A stretch of DNA of 63,083 nucleotides, counting the filler. It is 3 parts of 3 records of this genome, joined end to end, with 100 filler letters (N's around TTAATTAATTAA, not from the genome) between each part and the next. Parts side by side here need not be neighbours in the genome. Positions count along the whole stretch, not along the records: positions 1 to 31,531 come from DRR723986_14739; positions 31,632 to 53,833 come from DRR723986_14740; 1 more part is not named here. The stretch is one strand, 5' to 3'. The position numbers and the translations under genes were made by a program. The stretch's first letter is position 1. Every line of letters begins with the position of its first letter. This document shows, one piece after another, positions 27,184 through 36,430 of the stretch. The notes beneath the pieces are model-generated. The model did not search any database, had not been told where the DNA came from, and worked only from the letters and a program-made list of their open reading frames with translations.

Positions 27184-30100
27184 GATCATGTCCGAGCCTT
27201 TCCAGAAGCTTGTCGTATTGGGTGAGATCGAATTCCTTGATGAGACGCCGCATGTGATGGACAAAGTCCGCCGCATGCGGCTCATGCGCCTCGATGTCGT
27301 CGAGTTTTGCCTTGATTCCACGCACATAGCCGATGTCGCTCAGTTGTTTTAGAATCCCGAGGCTCTCTTCCGACGGCAGGCAGGCCTTCTCGAATATCGC
27401 CCTGCCCGACGATCGCAGGCCCTCTGCCGGCGGCGCTGCCGCGGGGTCGTCCGTGCGCCAGACGAGTTTCAATGCCAGCTGAAGCTTGTCCTGCAATTCC
27501 TGCAGCCTCACAGGCTTCACCAGGTAATCGTCATGATAGATCCGGTGCACCGGGTCCCGGCCGCTGTCATCCGCATTGGCCGAAATCATGAAGATGACCG
27601 CATCGCCAAATCCGCTTTCCCGCAGCTTGCGGGCAAGGTCCCAGCCACTCATGCCCGGCATGCTTATGTCGAGCAGAAAGGCATCGGGACGTTCGTCCTG
27701 CACCATCGCCAGACACGAGCGGCCGCTTGCAGCCGCAAGAACCTTGAAACCGAGCGGCGACAGGAAATCCCTGACCAGGGCCCTTTGGGCGGGATCGTCA
27801 TCCACCACCATGATCGTCTGGATCGGACCGTGATACCCGCGAATGCGTTTTTCCGCCCGCCCCGCCTGGATCGGCGCTTCCGCGGCGCTCAAAAGCATGC
27901 GGACCTTGAACGTGCTGCCGGCACCAACCGTGCTTGAAACCTGGATGTCACCGCCCATCACCTCACTCAGGAGTTTGGTGATCGTCAGACCGAGCCCCGT
28001 CCCGGGAACGGCCTCCTTGCCGTCTTCCTCTATGCGTTCGAACGGATTGAAGATCCGCTCGAGATTTTCCGGAGCGATGCCGATGCCGGTATCGACCACC
28101 GCAAATTCGGCAACCTGGCTGTGATAGGACACCTTCAGCTTGACGCTGCCTGTGTCTGTCCATTTGATGGCGTTCGACAACAGGTTGATCAGCACCTGCC
28201 GCAAGCGCTTCTCGTCACCGAACACGAACACCGGAAGGTTTTCGGCAGGCTCGAACAGAAAGCGCAATTCCTTGGCGTCGGTCTGGAGGCGGAACATGTC
28301 GACGGTCTGTGCCAGGAATTCATGCAGGTTGAACCGTTCCCGGTAGATGGTGAGATGCCCGGCCTCGATCTTGGAGATGTCCAGCAGGCCCTCGATCAGC
28401 CCGGCCAGGTGATCGGCCGAATGCTGGATCACCTTCACGGCGTCGCGTCTGTGGGCGGGGATTGCCGGGTCCTTGCGCATCAACTGGGCGTAGCCGGAGA
28501 TCGCATTTAGCGGCGAGCGCAGTTCGTGGCTGATGCCGACCACATAACGGCTCTTGGCTTCGTTGGCGGCCTCCGCGGCTTCCTTGGCTTTCTGCAGCTT
28601 GGCGTCGGTGCGTTTGTGGGCGCGGATTTCCTTCATCAGAAGGCTGGTCTGGCGCCTTGTTTCCTCATTGGCGAACTTCCGGCTCTCGTGGACAAGAACG
28701 AACAGCCAGGCCATGACACCCGAGGTGACCAGCAGAATGAAGAAGACCTGGGTCAGCGCCCTGCCGACCCCTTCGCTGCCTGCCCCCGGCGAAATGGTTT
28801 CCGCCTCGACATAGACAAGCGACAGGATCGCTCCGAGCGAAGCGGTGATCAGGATCATGACACTGAAATAAAGCCCGATCCGGGAGCTCATCCAGCCGGC
28901 GATCCGGTCCGGAAGGATCGAATGAAGCAGAACAGTGACCTGGTCGCCAATGCGTGCTTCCTGTTTGCAGTCATCCTCGCAGCGCGCATCGAGTGAGCAG
29001 CACAGCGAGCAGATCGGCCCCGAATAGACCGGGCAATGCGCCATGTCCTCATGCTCGAACGTATGCTCGCAAATACAGCATTGAATGTCGGGGGGACGCT
29101 CGCCGTCGGGGGTTACAGCCCGTACCGGTTGACGGGCGATATAATATTTGCCGCCGGTCGCGTAGGCGATCAGCGGGGCAAGGAGAATGGCGGTAAACAG
29201 AGCAATGTAGCTTGCCAGCGCATGAGCGGTCTGGCCGAACACCCCGGAATAGGCAATGAGGGCGATCAGGCTCGCCGCGCCCATTGAGCCAAGGCCGACC
29301 GGATTGATGTCGTACAGATGGGCACGCTTGAACTCGATATGTTTCGGGCTGAGCCCAAGCGGTTTGTTGATGACAAGATCGGCAAAGATCGCGCCAATCC
29401 AGGCAACGGCAACAACGGAATAAAGACCGAGCGTGCGTTCCAGCGCCTTGTAGACACCAAGCTCCATGAGCGCGAGTGCAATTGACACATTGAAGACCAG
29501 CCACACCACCCGGCCCGGGTGGCTGTGAGTGAGACGGGAGAAGAAGTTCGACCAGGCAATGGAGCCGGCGTAGGAGTTGGTCACGTTGATCTTGACCTGG
29601 CAGACAATCACGAAGAGCCCTGTCAGGGCGACTGCTACCTCCGGCGTCGTGGCCTTGGTGAAGGCGACCAGATACATGTGCGTCGGTTCGATTGCCTTGT
29701 CCGGACTGAGGCCGCTCTGCAGGGCCAGAACCACCAGGAACGACCCCAGCAGCAGTTTCACCGCGCCGACAAGGATCCAGCCAGGACCTGCCGCCAGAAG
29801 GGCGAACCACCATTTCAGCCTGTGCCCGCGCCGTTGACGCGGCAAAAAGCGCAGGAAATCGACCTGTTCGCCGATCTGTGCGATCAGCGAGAACAGAACG
29901 GCGCTTGAAGCACCGAATAGCAGGAGGCTGAACTGGCCGCCCTCGTCGCCTAGCCGGCCGGAGAAGTTCTGCCAGTCGTCCAGTGGGGCAACGCCCTGCC
30001 AGGCCAGGAAAGCAAACGGCAGGATCTGCAACACGATCCAGAGCGGCTGGGTGTAGATCTGCAGCCGGCTGATCAGGGTGATGCCGTAGATCACCAGCGG

Positions 30101-30583
30101 AATGACCACAAGCGTGCACAGAAGGTAGCCGATGTTGAGCGGCACACCGAGGAACAGCTCCAGCGCCGTTGCCATGATGGCAGCCTCGAGGGCGAAGAAG
30201 ATGAAAGTGAAACTTGCGTAGATCAGCGAGGTCACTGTCGAGCCGATATAACCGAACCCGGCTCCGCGGGTGAGCAGGTCGATATCCACGCCGTATTTCA
30301 CGGCGTGATAGGCAATCGGAAGGCCGGTAATGAAGATGAGCAGGCAGACGACGCCAATCGACGAGACGGCATTCGTGAAACCATAGTTGTAAGTGACGGC
30401 AGCCCCGATCGCCTCAAGGGCCAGGAAGGAAATTGCGCCCAGCGCGGTGTTGGCAACCCAGACCGGAGACCAGCGGCGGGCGCTTTTGGCGGTGAAACGG
30501 AGCGCAAAGTCCTCCAGGGTCTGGTTTGCGACCCACTGATTGTATGTTCTCCGCAGGCGTACAACCCGCTGATGACTACCCAT
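27170..30583 (-). CDS. Hybrid sensor histidine kinase with N-terminal multi-pass permease-like (NCS1/purine-cytosine permease-type) domain
   Basis: About 480 aa polytopic N-terminus, Cys-rich linker, two TM helices, HisKA (SHELRSPL), HATPase (NLLSNAIK, DTGIGI, GTGLGL) and REC (VVDDD, LDISMP, KP). Confidence 0.92.
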   Translation of the reverse strand: MGSHQRVVRLRRTYNQWVANQTLEDFALRFTAKSARRWSPVWVANTALGAISFLALEAIGAAVTYNYGFTNAVSSIGVVCLLIFITGLPIAYHAVKYGVDIDLLTRGAGFGYIGSTVTSLIYASFTFIFFALEAAIMATALELFLGVPLNIGYLLCTLVVIPLVIYGITLISRLQIYTQPLWIVLQILPFAFLAWQGVAPLDDWQNFSGRLGDEGGQFSLLLFGASSAVLFSLIAQIGEQVDFLRFLPRQRRGHRLKWWFALLAAGPGWILVGAVKLLLGSFLVVLALQSGLSPDKAIEPTHMYLVAFTKATTPEVAVALTGLFVIVCQVKINVTNSYAGSIAWSNFFSRLTHSHPGRVVWLVFNVSIALALMELGVYKALERTLGLYSVVAVAWIGAIFADLVINKPLGLSPKHIEFKRAHLYDINPVGLGSMGAASLIALIAYSGVFGQTAHALASYIALFTAILLAPLIAYATGGKYYIARQPVRAVTPDGERPPDIQCCICEHTFEHEDMAHCPVYSGPICSLCCSLDARCEDDCKQEARIGDQVTVLLHSILPDRIAGWMSSRIGLYFSVMILITASLGAILSLVYVEAETISPGAGSEGVGRALTQVFFILLVTSGVMAWLFVLVHESRKFANEETRRQTSLLMKEIRAHKRTDAKLQKAKEAAEAANEAKSRYVVGISHELRSPLNAISGYAQLMRKDPAIPAHRRDAVKVIQHSADHLAGLIEGLLDISKIEAGHLTIYRERFNLHEFLAQTVDMFRLQTDAKELRFLFEPAENLPVFVFGDEKRLRQVLINLLSNAIKWTDTGSVKLKVSYHSQVAEFAVVDTGIGIAPENLERIFNPFERIEEDGKEAVPGTGLGLTITKLLSEVMGGDIQVSSTVGAGSTFKVRMLLSAAEAPIQAGRAEKRIRGYHGPIQTIMVVDDDPAQRALVRDFLSPLGFKVLAAASGRSCLAMVQDERPDAFLLDISMPGMSGWDLARKLRESGFGDAVIFMISANADDSGRDPVHRIYHDDYLVKPVRLQELQDKLQLALKLVWRTDDPAAAPPAEGLRSSGRAIFEKACLPSEESLGILKQLSDIGYVRGIKAKLDDIEAHEPHAADFVHHMRRLIKEFDLTQYDKLLERLGHDHECS

Positions 30584-31024
30584 TGCCCATCACCATCCCG
30601 CCCGCCGGAACCGGCGCGCCAGCCCACTCATTGTGCATCGCATCTATTTTTCATGCACATTTTTGTTCAAGATTTGCGGCCTCCCCCTCGAATTGATCTA
30701 CAACCGCCGATCGACGAACTTCCTAGCAATTTCTATGCCTCATTCAAAAAATATTAAAAAATTTCAATATTCCCATCAATACAAGTCATTCGAATTCAAA
30801 AAATACGAATGACAACTTACCTTAAGATCGAATTTCAGATTTTTGGACTATGAATTTATTCCAAACATGGAAGTCTTTCACATGCAGCAGTGCGGAGAAA
30901 TAAGTCAAATAACCCACAGCAACTGACGCATTGCGGCACTGCACAATTCCAGACGAGCCTTGGATGCATGCGGAGGAGCTTCACGGCGCTCTGCTTCAAC
31001 CTCAACCTCAGAGGGGTCCAGAGA

Positions 31025-31531
31025 ATGAAACGTCTGAAAGACTTGATTGACCACCGGCTGTCTCGCCGGTCCGTGCTGTCAGGCACGGCAGCCGCGGCAA
31101 TGCTGGCCACCGCCAGCACATTTGCACCTGCCATCGCCGACGACGCCAACACGACTGGCCTTGCGGTCACCGAAGACACCGTGAAGGTCGGCATCCTGCA
31201 CTCCGTCACCGGAACCATGGCGATTTCCGAGACCGGGTCGGTACAGGCGGAAAAGCTCGCCATCGACCAGATCAACGCCATGGGCGGCGTGCTTGGACGC
31301 AAGATCGAATACATCCAGGAAGATGGCGCATCCGACTGGCCGACCTTTGCCGAAAAGGCGAAAAAGTTGCTGGTGAACGACAAGGTCGCGGCTGTTTTCG
31401 GATGCTGGACATCCGCGTCGCGCAAGGCCGTTCTGCCCGTCTTCGAGCAGTATAACGGCATGCTCTACTATCCGACCTTCTATGAAGGCCTGGAGCAGTC
31501 CCCCAACGTGATCTACACCGGCCAGGAAGCC
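31025..31531 (+). CDS. urtA: Urea/short-amide ABC transporter substrate-binding protein (3'-truncated by gap)
   Basis: Tat signal [49 protein letters not shown] and YPTFYEGLE motifs. Confidence 0.85.
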
Positions 31532-31631
31532 NNNNNNNNNNNNNNNNNNNNNNNNNNNNNNNNNNNNNNNNNNNNTTAATTAATTAANNNNNNNNNNNNN
31601 NNNNNNNNNNNNNNNNNNNNNNNNNNNNNNN
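31532..31631. other. Artificial contig linker
   Basis: N run + TTAATTAATTAA (stops in all six frames) + N run, 100 nt; genes are cut on both sides. Confidence 0.97.
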
Positions 31632-31788
31632 CTATCCATGATACACCGTCAACAATAACGGCTGTTGCGGGGCCGGATTTCTCAGGGTCGGCGAATGGTG
31701 AGCCCGTACCCAGCAGGATAACTTTCATGTCTGCAATCGCCTGCGATGAACACAGAAGGGCTGCCAGTAGGACACTGATGATTTTCAT
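31632..31788 (-). CDS. Exported MBL-fold metallohydrolase, RNase Z/arylsulfatase-like (N-terminal fragment)
   Basis: Signal peptide then VILLGTGSP...SGPATAVIVDG; truncated by the linker. Confidence 0.7.
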
Positions 31789-31898
31789 CTGTCATTCTCT
31801 CTATAACAAGTTTGGTAATTCTTAGTTTTGCTTCTAATATATTCACAATCTAAAGGTGTTCCATGTGTCATGGTCAACAGTCTTTTAGCATACGGAAT

Positions 31899-32648
31899 TC
31901 ATTGCAGAGCGCTTGGTGGGAAGCCGAATGTTTTACGGAATGTATCGCTAAAGGCAGATCTGGTTTGATACCCCGCCGTATCCGCGGCGTGTTCAATGGA
32001 TTTTCCTTGCGCTAGCGCTTGAAATGCTCGTGACAACAGAATCAACCGCCGCCAGCGGGCTGGTGATAGCCCAGTTTCTTTTTGAAAGACTCTTTCTGCT
32101 GTTCGGCGACTCATCCCTGTGTTCGTATATAGGGTGGTCAACTCTCCTGAGGCCCCTTCGATAAAAAGGTTTGCCAGTCGGCGGGCGCGTTTGTCTTGGG
32201 GTAGGGGTAATTGAAGCATTGACGGGTCTGCATGAAGGACTTCGTCGCAGATTAAGTTGGCTAGTCGTTGCTCAGCCTGGCTGCGCCCATCCAAATATTG
32301 TAGGGCACAAACCCGCAGGATAACTTCATGCAGTAAACCGCTTACCTGAAATACATATCCGGCATTAGTATCGGGGAAAAAATCAGTACGGCAATAGAGT
32401 GTTCTAAGCTTGACTGCTCCCATCATGGTCAGGGAGTGAAGCGAACCGGCTGGTATCCACAGCGCGCGGCGAGGGGGTATGATCCAGATAACGTCAGTTA
32501 CTTTCGCAATGAGCGAGCCAGTTTCCGCATATAGCAATTGTGGCCAGCCATGAGCGTGGCTTGTCTCAGTATACCCAGAAGAATAGTCGACACTCAGCGA
32601 ACGAATAGTAAGGTGCTTCTCATCTTCTATGGTCAATATTTGTCGCAT
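31899..32648 (-). CDS. AraC-family regulator with cupin domain
   Basis: HAHGWPQLLYA, RALWIPAG and C-terminal double HTH (GMSRRTAERVF, GYQTRSAFSDTFRKTFG). Confidence 0.9.
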   Translation of the reverse strand: MRQILTIEDEKHLTIRSLSVDYSSGYTETSHAHGWPQLLYAETGSLIAKVTDVIWIIPPRRALWIPAGSLHSLTMMGAVKLRTLYCRTDFFPDTNAGYVFQVSGLLHEVILRVCALQYLDGRSQAEQRLANLICDEVLHADPSMLQLPLPQDKRARRLANLFIEGASGELTTLYTNTGMSRRTAERVFQKETGLSPARWRRLILLSRAFQALAQGKSIEHAADTAGYQTRSAFSDTFRKTFGFPPSALQ

Positions 32649-32723
32649 TTGCGAACAAATATGACGTAAATTCGTTATATTGCCAATACTTCAAATGATA
32701 TAACCGCCTAAAGGAGAAGCGAT

Positions 32724-33104
32724 ATGCCTAATAAACTAGTCCATTTTGCTATCGAAGCGGATGATGTTGAACGTGCCCGCGGCTTTTACGAAAGCGTTTT
32801 CCAATGGCGTTTTGAGCCTTGGGGTCCACCAGGTTTTTATCTCATACAAGATGCTGGCGTGCACGGCGCATTGCAGCAACGTAGAGAGCCGATGCCTGAT
32901 GGGCGAAAGGGATTTGAATGCTCAATCGCAGTTGATGACCTTGAGGCATCAATCGGTGCGATAAAAACTTCGGGCGGTGCGATATCAGATATTCGCTATA
33001 AAATACCGACAGTGGGCGAGATTGTGGGCTTTACCGATACCGAAGGTAATGATGCCTTAATTGTACAATATGAACCCCAACGACAAAAAGAGCTTGGCCT
33101 GTAA
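32724..33104 (+). CDS. VOC/glyoxalase family protein
   Basis: VHFAIEADDVERARGFY...F.W.F and FTDTEGN motifs; AGGAG RBS. Confidence 0.9.
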   Translation: MPNKLVHFAIEADDVERARGFYESVFQWRFEPWGPPGFYLIQDAGVHGALQQRREPMPDGRKGFECSIAVDDLEASIGAIKTSGGAISDIRYKIPTVGEIVGFTDTEGNDALIVQYEPQRQKELGL

Positions 33105-33131
33105 GCTCAAATTCGGCGGTTAAATTTGAGT
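33105..33131. terminator. Hairpin between convergent genes
   Basis: CTCAAATT (33106-33113) / AATTTGAG (33123-33130) inverted repeat. Confidence 0.5.
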
Positions 33132-33138
33132 TAGGCTT

Positions 33139-33960
33139 CTAGGCAACTCGGTCAATGAAAGCGCGCAGCAGCTGTTCCAGTTTAACCGCGGCGATCGCGC
33201 CGAATTCCATGGTTTCATCATGGGTAAGCTCGCCGCCTGTCATGCCAGCAGCATAATTTGTAATTGAACTAACCCCCACCACATTCATGCCCATATGCCG
33301 GGCGGTCAAACACTCTGGCACGGTTGACATGCCAACAGCATTTGCGCCCATAACCCGAAAGGCTTTGATTTCGGCGGGCGTTTCAAAGTTAGGGCCAAGC
33401 GCCATAAGGTATGTACCCTCATGAAGCTCAATATTATGGTCAGCAGCAGCAGCCTTCAGTTCGCCAGTTAACTGTTTGTCCCACGCTTCTGTAACATCAG
33501 GAAAGCGCGGGCCGAAGCGGTCATCGTTCACGCCAACAAGCGGGTTAATACCAGAGAAATTAATATGGTCAGTAATAGCCATTAAGCTGCCGGGGCCAGC
33601 TTTCTCCATCAGGCTGCCAGCGGCATTGGTTAGTACCAAAATTTCTACGCCTAATGCCCAAAGTACGCGTGTGGCGAAGCCTACCTTTTCCGGCGGGTGG
33701 CCTTCATAGGCATGTGCTCGGCCTTGCATACAAATAACCGGCTTGCCTTCAAGTTTGCCAATAAGCATGCGGCCTGCATGCCCCTCAACTGTGGGCTTGG
33801 GAAAGCCGGGAAGGTCGAGAAACGAAAAAACGGTGGCATCGTCAACCGCGTCAGCCATGCTATTGAGGCCACTCCCTAAAACCATCGCTATTTTAGGAAA
33901 GTCACCCTCAAACCTCTCGCGAATATAACTGGCACAGGCCTGAACTTCTTCGTAACTCAT
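33139..33960 (-). CDS. Purine-nucleoside phosphorylase (trimeric PNP/XapA family)
   Basis: VLGSGL, GHAG, QGRAHAYEG, LTNAAG, GPNFETPAE and VGMSTVPE motifs. Confidence 0.93.
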   Translation of the reverse strand: MSYEEVQACASYIRERFEGDFPKIAMVLGSGLNSMADAVDDATVFSFLDLPGFPKPTVEGHAGRMLIGKLEGKPVICMQGRAHAYEGHPPEKVGFATRVLWALGVEILVLTNAAGSLMEKAGPGSLMAITDHINFSGINPLVGVNDDRFGPRFPDVTEAWDKQLTGELKAAAADHNIELHEGTYLMALGPNFETPAEIKAFRVMGANAVGMSTVPECLTARHMGMNVVGVSSITNYAAGMTGGELTHDETMEFGAIAAVKLEQLLRAFIDRVA

Positions 33961-33982
33961 GTCATTCCCTCACTTAAAGTCT

Positions 33983-34537
33983 TTAAACGTCGATTTCCGG
34001 CAAATCGAGGCCTTTATGCTCCCGGATTTCTTCTTTCGTCATATCGGAAAGCTCATGCGGGAACACCAGCCAGTCATCTGTTTCATGGCAATAAAAATCA
34101 GGCACCAGGTTTGTGACATTTCGCTCGGGCTTATAGTAAACCGTGGCAATTTTTATCACATCTGGTGTGTTGCGGCGACATTTGTCGGTTAGGTGTTCAA
34201 TGGTTGCTGCGATAGAACGACCCGAATCGAAAACATCATCAACAATGAGAAGACTATCTTCAGCGTTAATGTTGTTGACGATATATTCCATGCCGTGGAC
34301 CTTAACCTCTTTTTGTTGCTGCATACCAATGTAGCTGGAGGTGCGAATGGCAATATGGTCGGTATCGACGCCATAGTAGTCCAGAATTTCCTGCACAGCG
34401 ATGCCGGTGGGTGTGCCGCCGCGCCAAACGCCAACAATAAACTTGGGTAAAAATCCGCTTTTAAGAATTTTAAGGCCTAAATCAAACGAATCGTCGAGTA
34501 ATTCCTGCGCAGTTACATATTTTTTAACAACACTCAT
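33983..34537 (-). CDS. Purine (hypoxanthine/xanthine-type) phosphoribosyltransferase
   Basis: VGVWRGG, PRPP-binding LLIVDDVFDSGRS and WLVFPHE motifs. Confidence 0.85.
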   Translation of the reverse strand: MSVVKKYVTAQELLDDSFDLGLKILKSGFLPKFIVGVWRGGTPTGIAVQEILDYYGVDTDHIAIRTSSYIGMQQQKEVKVHGMEYIVNNINAEDSLLIVDDVFDSGRSIAATIEHLTDKCRRNTPDVIKIATVYYKPERNVTNLVPDFYCHETDDWLVFPHELSDMTKEEIREHKGLDLPEIDV

Positions 34538-34542
34538 GTGGT

Positions 34543-35181
34543 TTAAGCCCCCTTGGTTCCAAATAATCTGTCTCCGGCGTCACCGAGCCCCGGAACAATA
34601 TATGCTTTTTCGTTCAAACATTCGTCAATCGAGGCCGTAACCACCGGCACATCTGGGTGGGCCTTCGTGAATGTTTCGATACCTTCTGGTGCAGCTAGTA
34701 GGCACACAAACCTGAGGTCTGCAGCCCCTGCATCTTTCATTTCTTGCACGGCTCTGACCGCTGAGTGGCCCGTGGCCAGCATAGGGTCAAGCACCACATT
34801 GAGGCGGCTAGATATGTCCTTGGGTACTTTGAAAAAATACTTAACCGGCTGCAGGGTCTCTTCGTCGCGCGCCAAGCCTATTTGGCCAACACGGGCGGAC
34901 GGCACCAGCTCCAGCATGGGGCCAAGCAAGCCATCGCCGGCACGAAGAACCGAAATGAAGGTTAATTTTTTGCCCGCTAAAACGGGTGCTTCGGTTGGGC
35001 ATACCGGCGTATCAATCTGGATTTTGCCAATAGGCAGGTCTCGCAGGGCCTCGTAGCCAAGAAACAACCCAATCTCGCGCAGCAGCTTTCTAAACTCTGC
35101 TGTACTGGCTTCCTTGCGTCTAAGCAGTGTTAATTTGTGTTGAACAAGCGGATGATCAACAACCGTTACAGATTTCGTCAT
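34543..35181 (-). CDS. upp: Uracil phosphoribosyltransferase
   Basis: [28 protein letters not shown] and [16 protein letters not shown] motifs. Confidence 0.97.
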   Translation of the reverse strand: MTKSVTVVDHPLVQHKLTLLRRKEASTAEFRKLLREIGLFLGYEALRDLPIGKIQIDTPVCPTEAPVLAGKKLTFISVLRAGDGLLGPMLELVPSARVGQIGLARDEETLQPVKYFFKVPKDISSRLNVVLDPMLATGHSAVRAVQEMKDAGAADLRFVCLLAAPEGIETFTKAHPDVPVVTASIDECLNEKAYIVPGLGDAGDRLFGTKGA

Positions 35182-35249
35182 ACGAACGCTCCCCTCGCGT
35201 GGTGTGAAGGCATTTGATAGTCATTTTGTGAGCGGCTGTCGACCCAATG

Positions 35250-35265
35250 TTGACCAATTCGTCAA
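35250..35265. promoter_or_regulatory. RutR-type operator in the divergent upp/BMP promoter
   Basis: TTGACCAATTCGTCAA, one mismatch to the E. coli RutR box TTGACCAnnTGGTCAA. Confidence 0.75.
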
Positions 35266-35369
35266 AAATGGTTGACCTCTCTTAAATGCTCTGGTTCCCT
35301 TGCACTTGCCGTATTATTGAATGCATAAGACAGCATAGGCATTTTTCCGCCCATGGGGAGCAAAAATTC

Positions 35370-36371
35370 GTGAAAAAATTAGTTATCAGGTTAGCGGCTA
35401 TTATTAGTATTGCTGTGCTGCCTGCCTTTTCTGCAAGTGGTCAAAGTTTTAGCCCGGTTTTGCTGTATGATATTGGTGGCAAGTTTGACAAATCGTTCAA
35501 TGAAGCTGCGTTTCGGGGTGCTGAGCGCTTTAACAAAGATACTGGCATTGCTTTTCGTGACTTTGAACCCAATAGCGAAACCCAATACGAGCAGGCGCTT
35601 AAGCGATTTGCGCGCCGCAAAGCGGACGTTATTGTTGCGGTTGGGGTCGGTTACTCGGTTGCTGTGCGCAATGTGGCCAAAAGATATCCTGATATCAAAT
35701 TTACGGTGATTGATGCGGTGATAGACCTGCCTAATGTGCAATCTATCACCTTTAAAGAAAATGAAGGGTCGTTTCTTGTAGGTATGATAGCTGGCATGTC
35801 TACCAAGAGCGGCAAGCTGGGCTTTATTGGCGGCATGGACATTCCACTTATTGACCGCTTCAAAGTTGGTTACAAACAGGGTGTTGAATTTGTGCGCGAT
35901 GATGTTTCTTTTATAGAGAATTATGTGGGTACAACACCTGCCGCATGGAATGACCCAATTAAAGCGGCAGAGATGGCGCGGTCGCAGTATGCGCGAGGAG
36001 TGGATATCATTTTCTCGGCGGCGGGGCCGTCAGGGCTGGGTGTTATTAATGCTGCAAAAGATAGCGGTACACTCGCGATTGGTGTGGATAGTAACCAGAA
36101 CCATGTACAGCCGGGGTTTGTGTTAACCAGCATGTTAAAGCGTGTTGACTTAGCCGTCGAGCAAGCGATGCATAGCGCTAAAGACGGCAGCTGGACGCCG
36201 GGACACCGCGTAATGGGTTTGCCTGAAGGCGGTGTTGATTATGCCCTGGATGAGCATAACGCTGATCTCATCAGTACGGATATGAAAGCGCGGCTTGAAG
36301 ATGCGAGAGCAAAAATCATCTCCGGCGAAATAATCGTTAGCGACGTAGAGGGCGGCAATTCTGGTCATTAG
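35370..36371 (+). CDS. BMP-family nucleoside ABC transporter substrate-binding protein
   Basis: GGKFDKSFNE, FKENEGSFLVG, IGVDSNQ and LTSMLKRVD motifs; GTG start with GGGGAG RBS. Confidence 0.93.
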   Translation: MKKLVIRLAAIISIAVLPAFSASGQSFSPVLLYDIGGKFDKSFNEAAFRGAERFNKDTGIAFRDFEPNSETQYEQALKRFARRKADVIVAVGVGYSVAVRNVAKRYPDIKFTVIDAVIDLPNVQSITFKENEGSFLVGMIAGMSTKSGKLGFIGGMDIPLIDRFKVGYKQGVEFVRDDVSFIENYVGTTPAAWNDPIKAAEMARSQYARGVDIIFSAAGPSGLGVINAAKDSGTLAIGVDSNQNHVQPGFVLTSMLKRVDLAVEQAMHSAKDGSWTPGHRVMGLPEGGVDYALDEHNADLISTDMKARLEDARAKIISGEIIVSDVEGGNSGH

Positions 36372-36430
36372 CCTAATTGCCAAACCCTTTACGCACGTTC
36401 GTGATCATCGACAAATGGGGATAATAATCG

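Noticed and set aside
30620-30670. NtrC boxes or a sigma-54 promoter for the kinase/urtA region
   Set aside because: Only partial TGCAC/GTGCA half-sites with imperfect spacing, and no convincing GG-N10-GC element.
3361-31531. A complete CRISPR array or type III effector genes downstream of cas6
   Set aside because: No regularly spaced direct repeats and no cas10/csm/cmr-like ORFs were found by eye.
31576-31587. TTAATTAATTAA palindrome as a biological site, and ORFs running through the N runs
   Set aside because: It is embedded in N runs, occurs twice identically and gives stops in all frames; an assembly linker.
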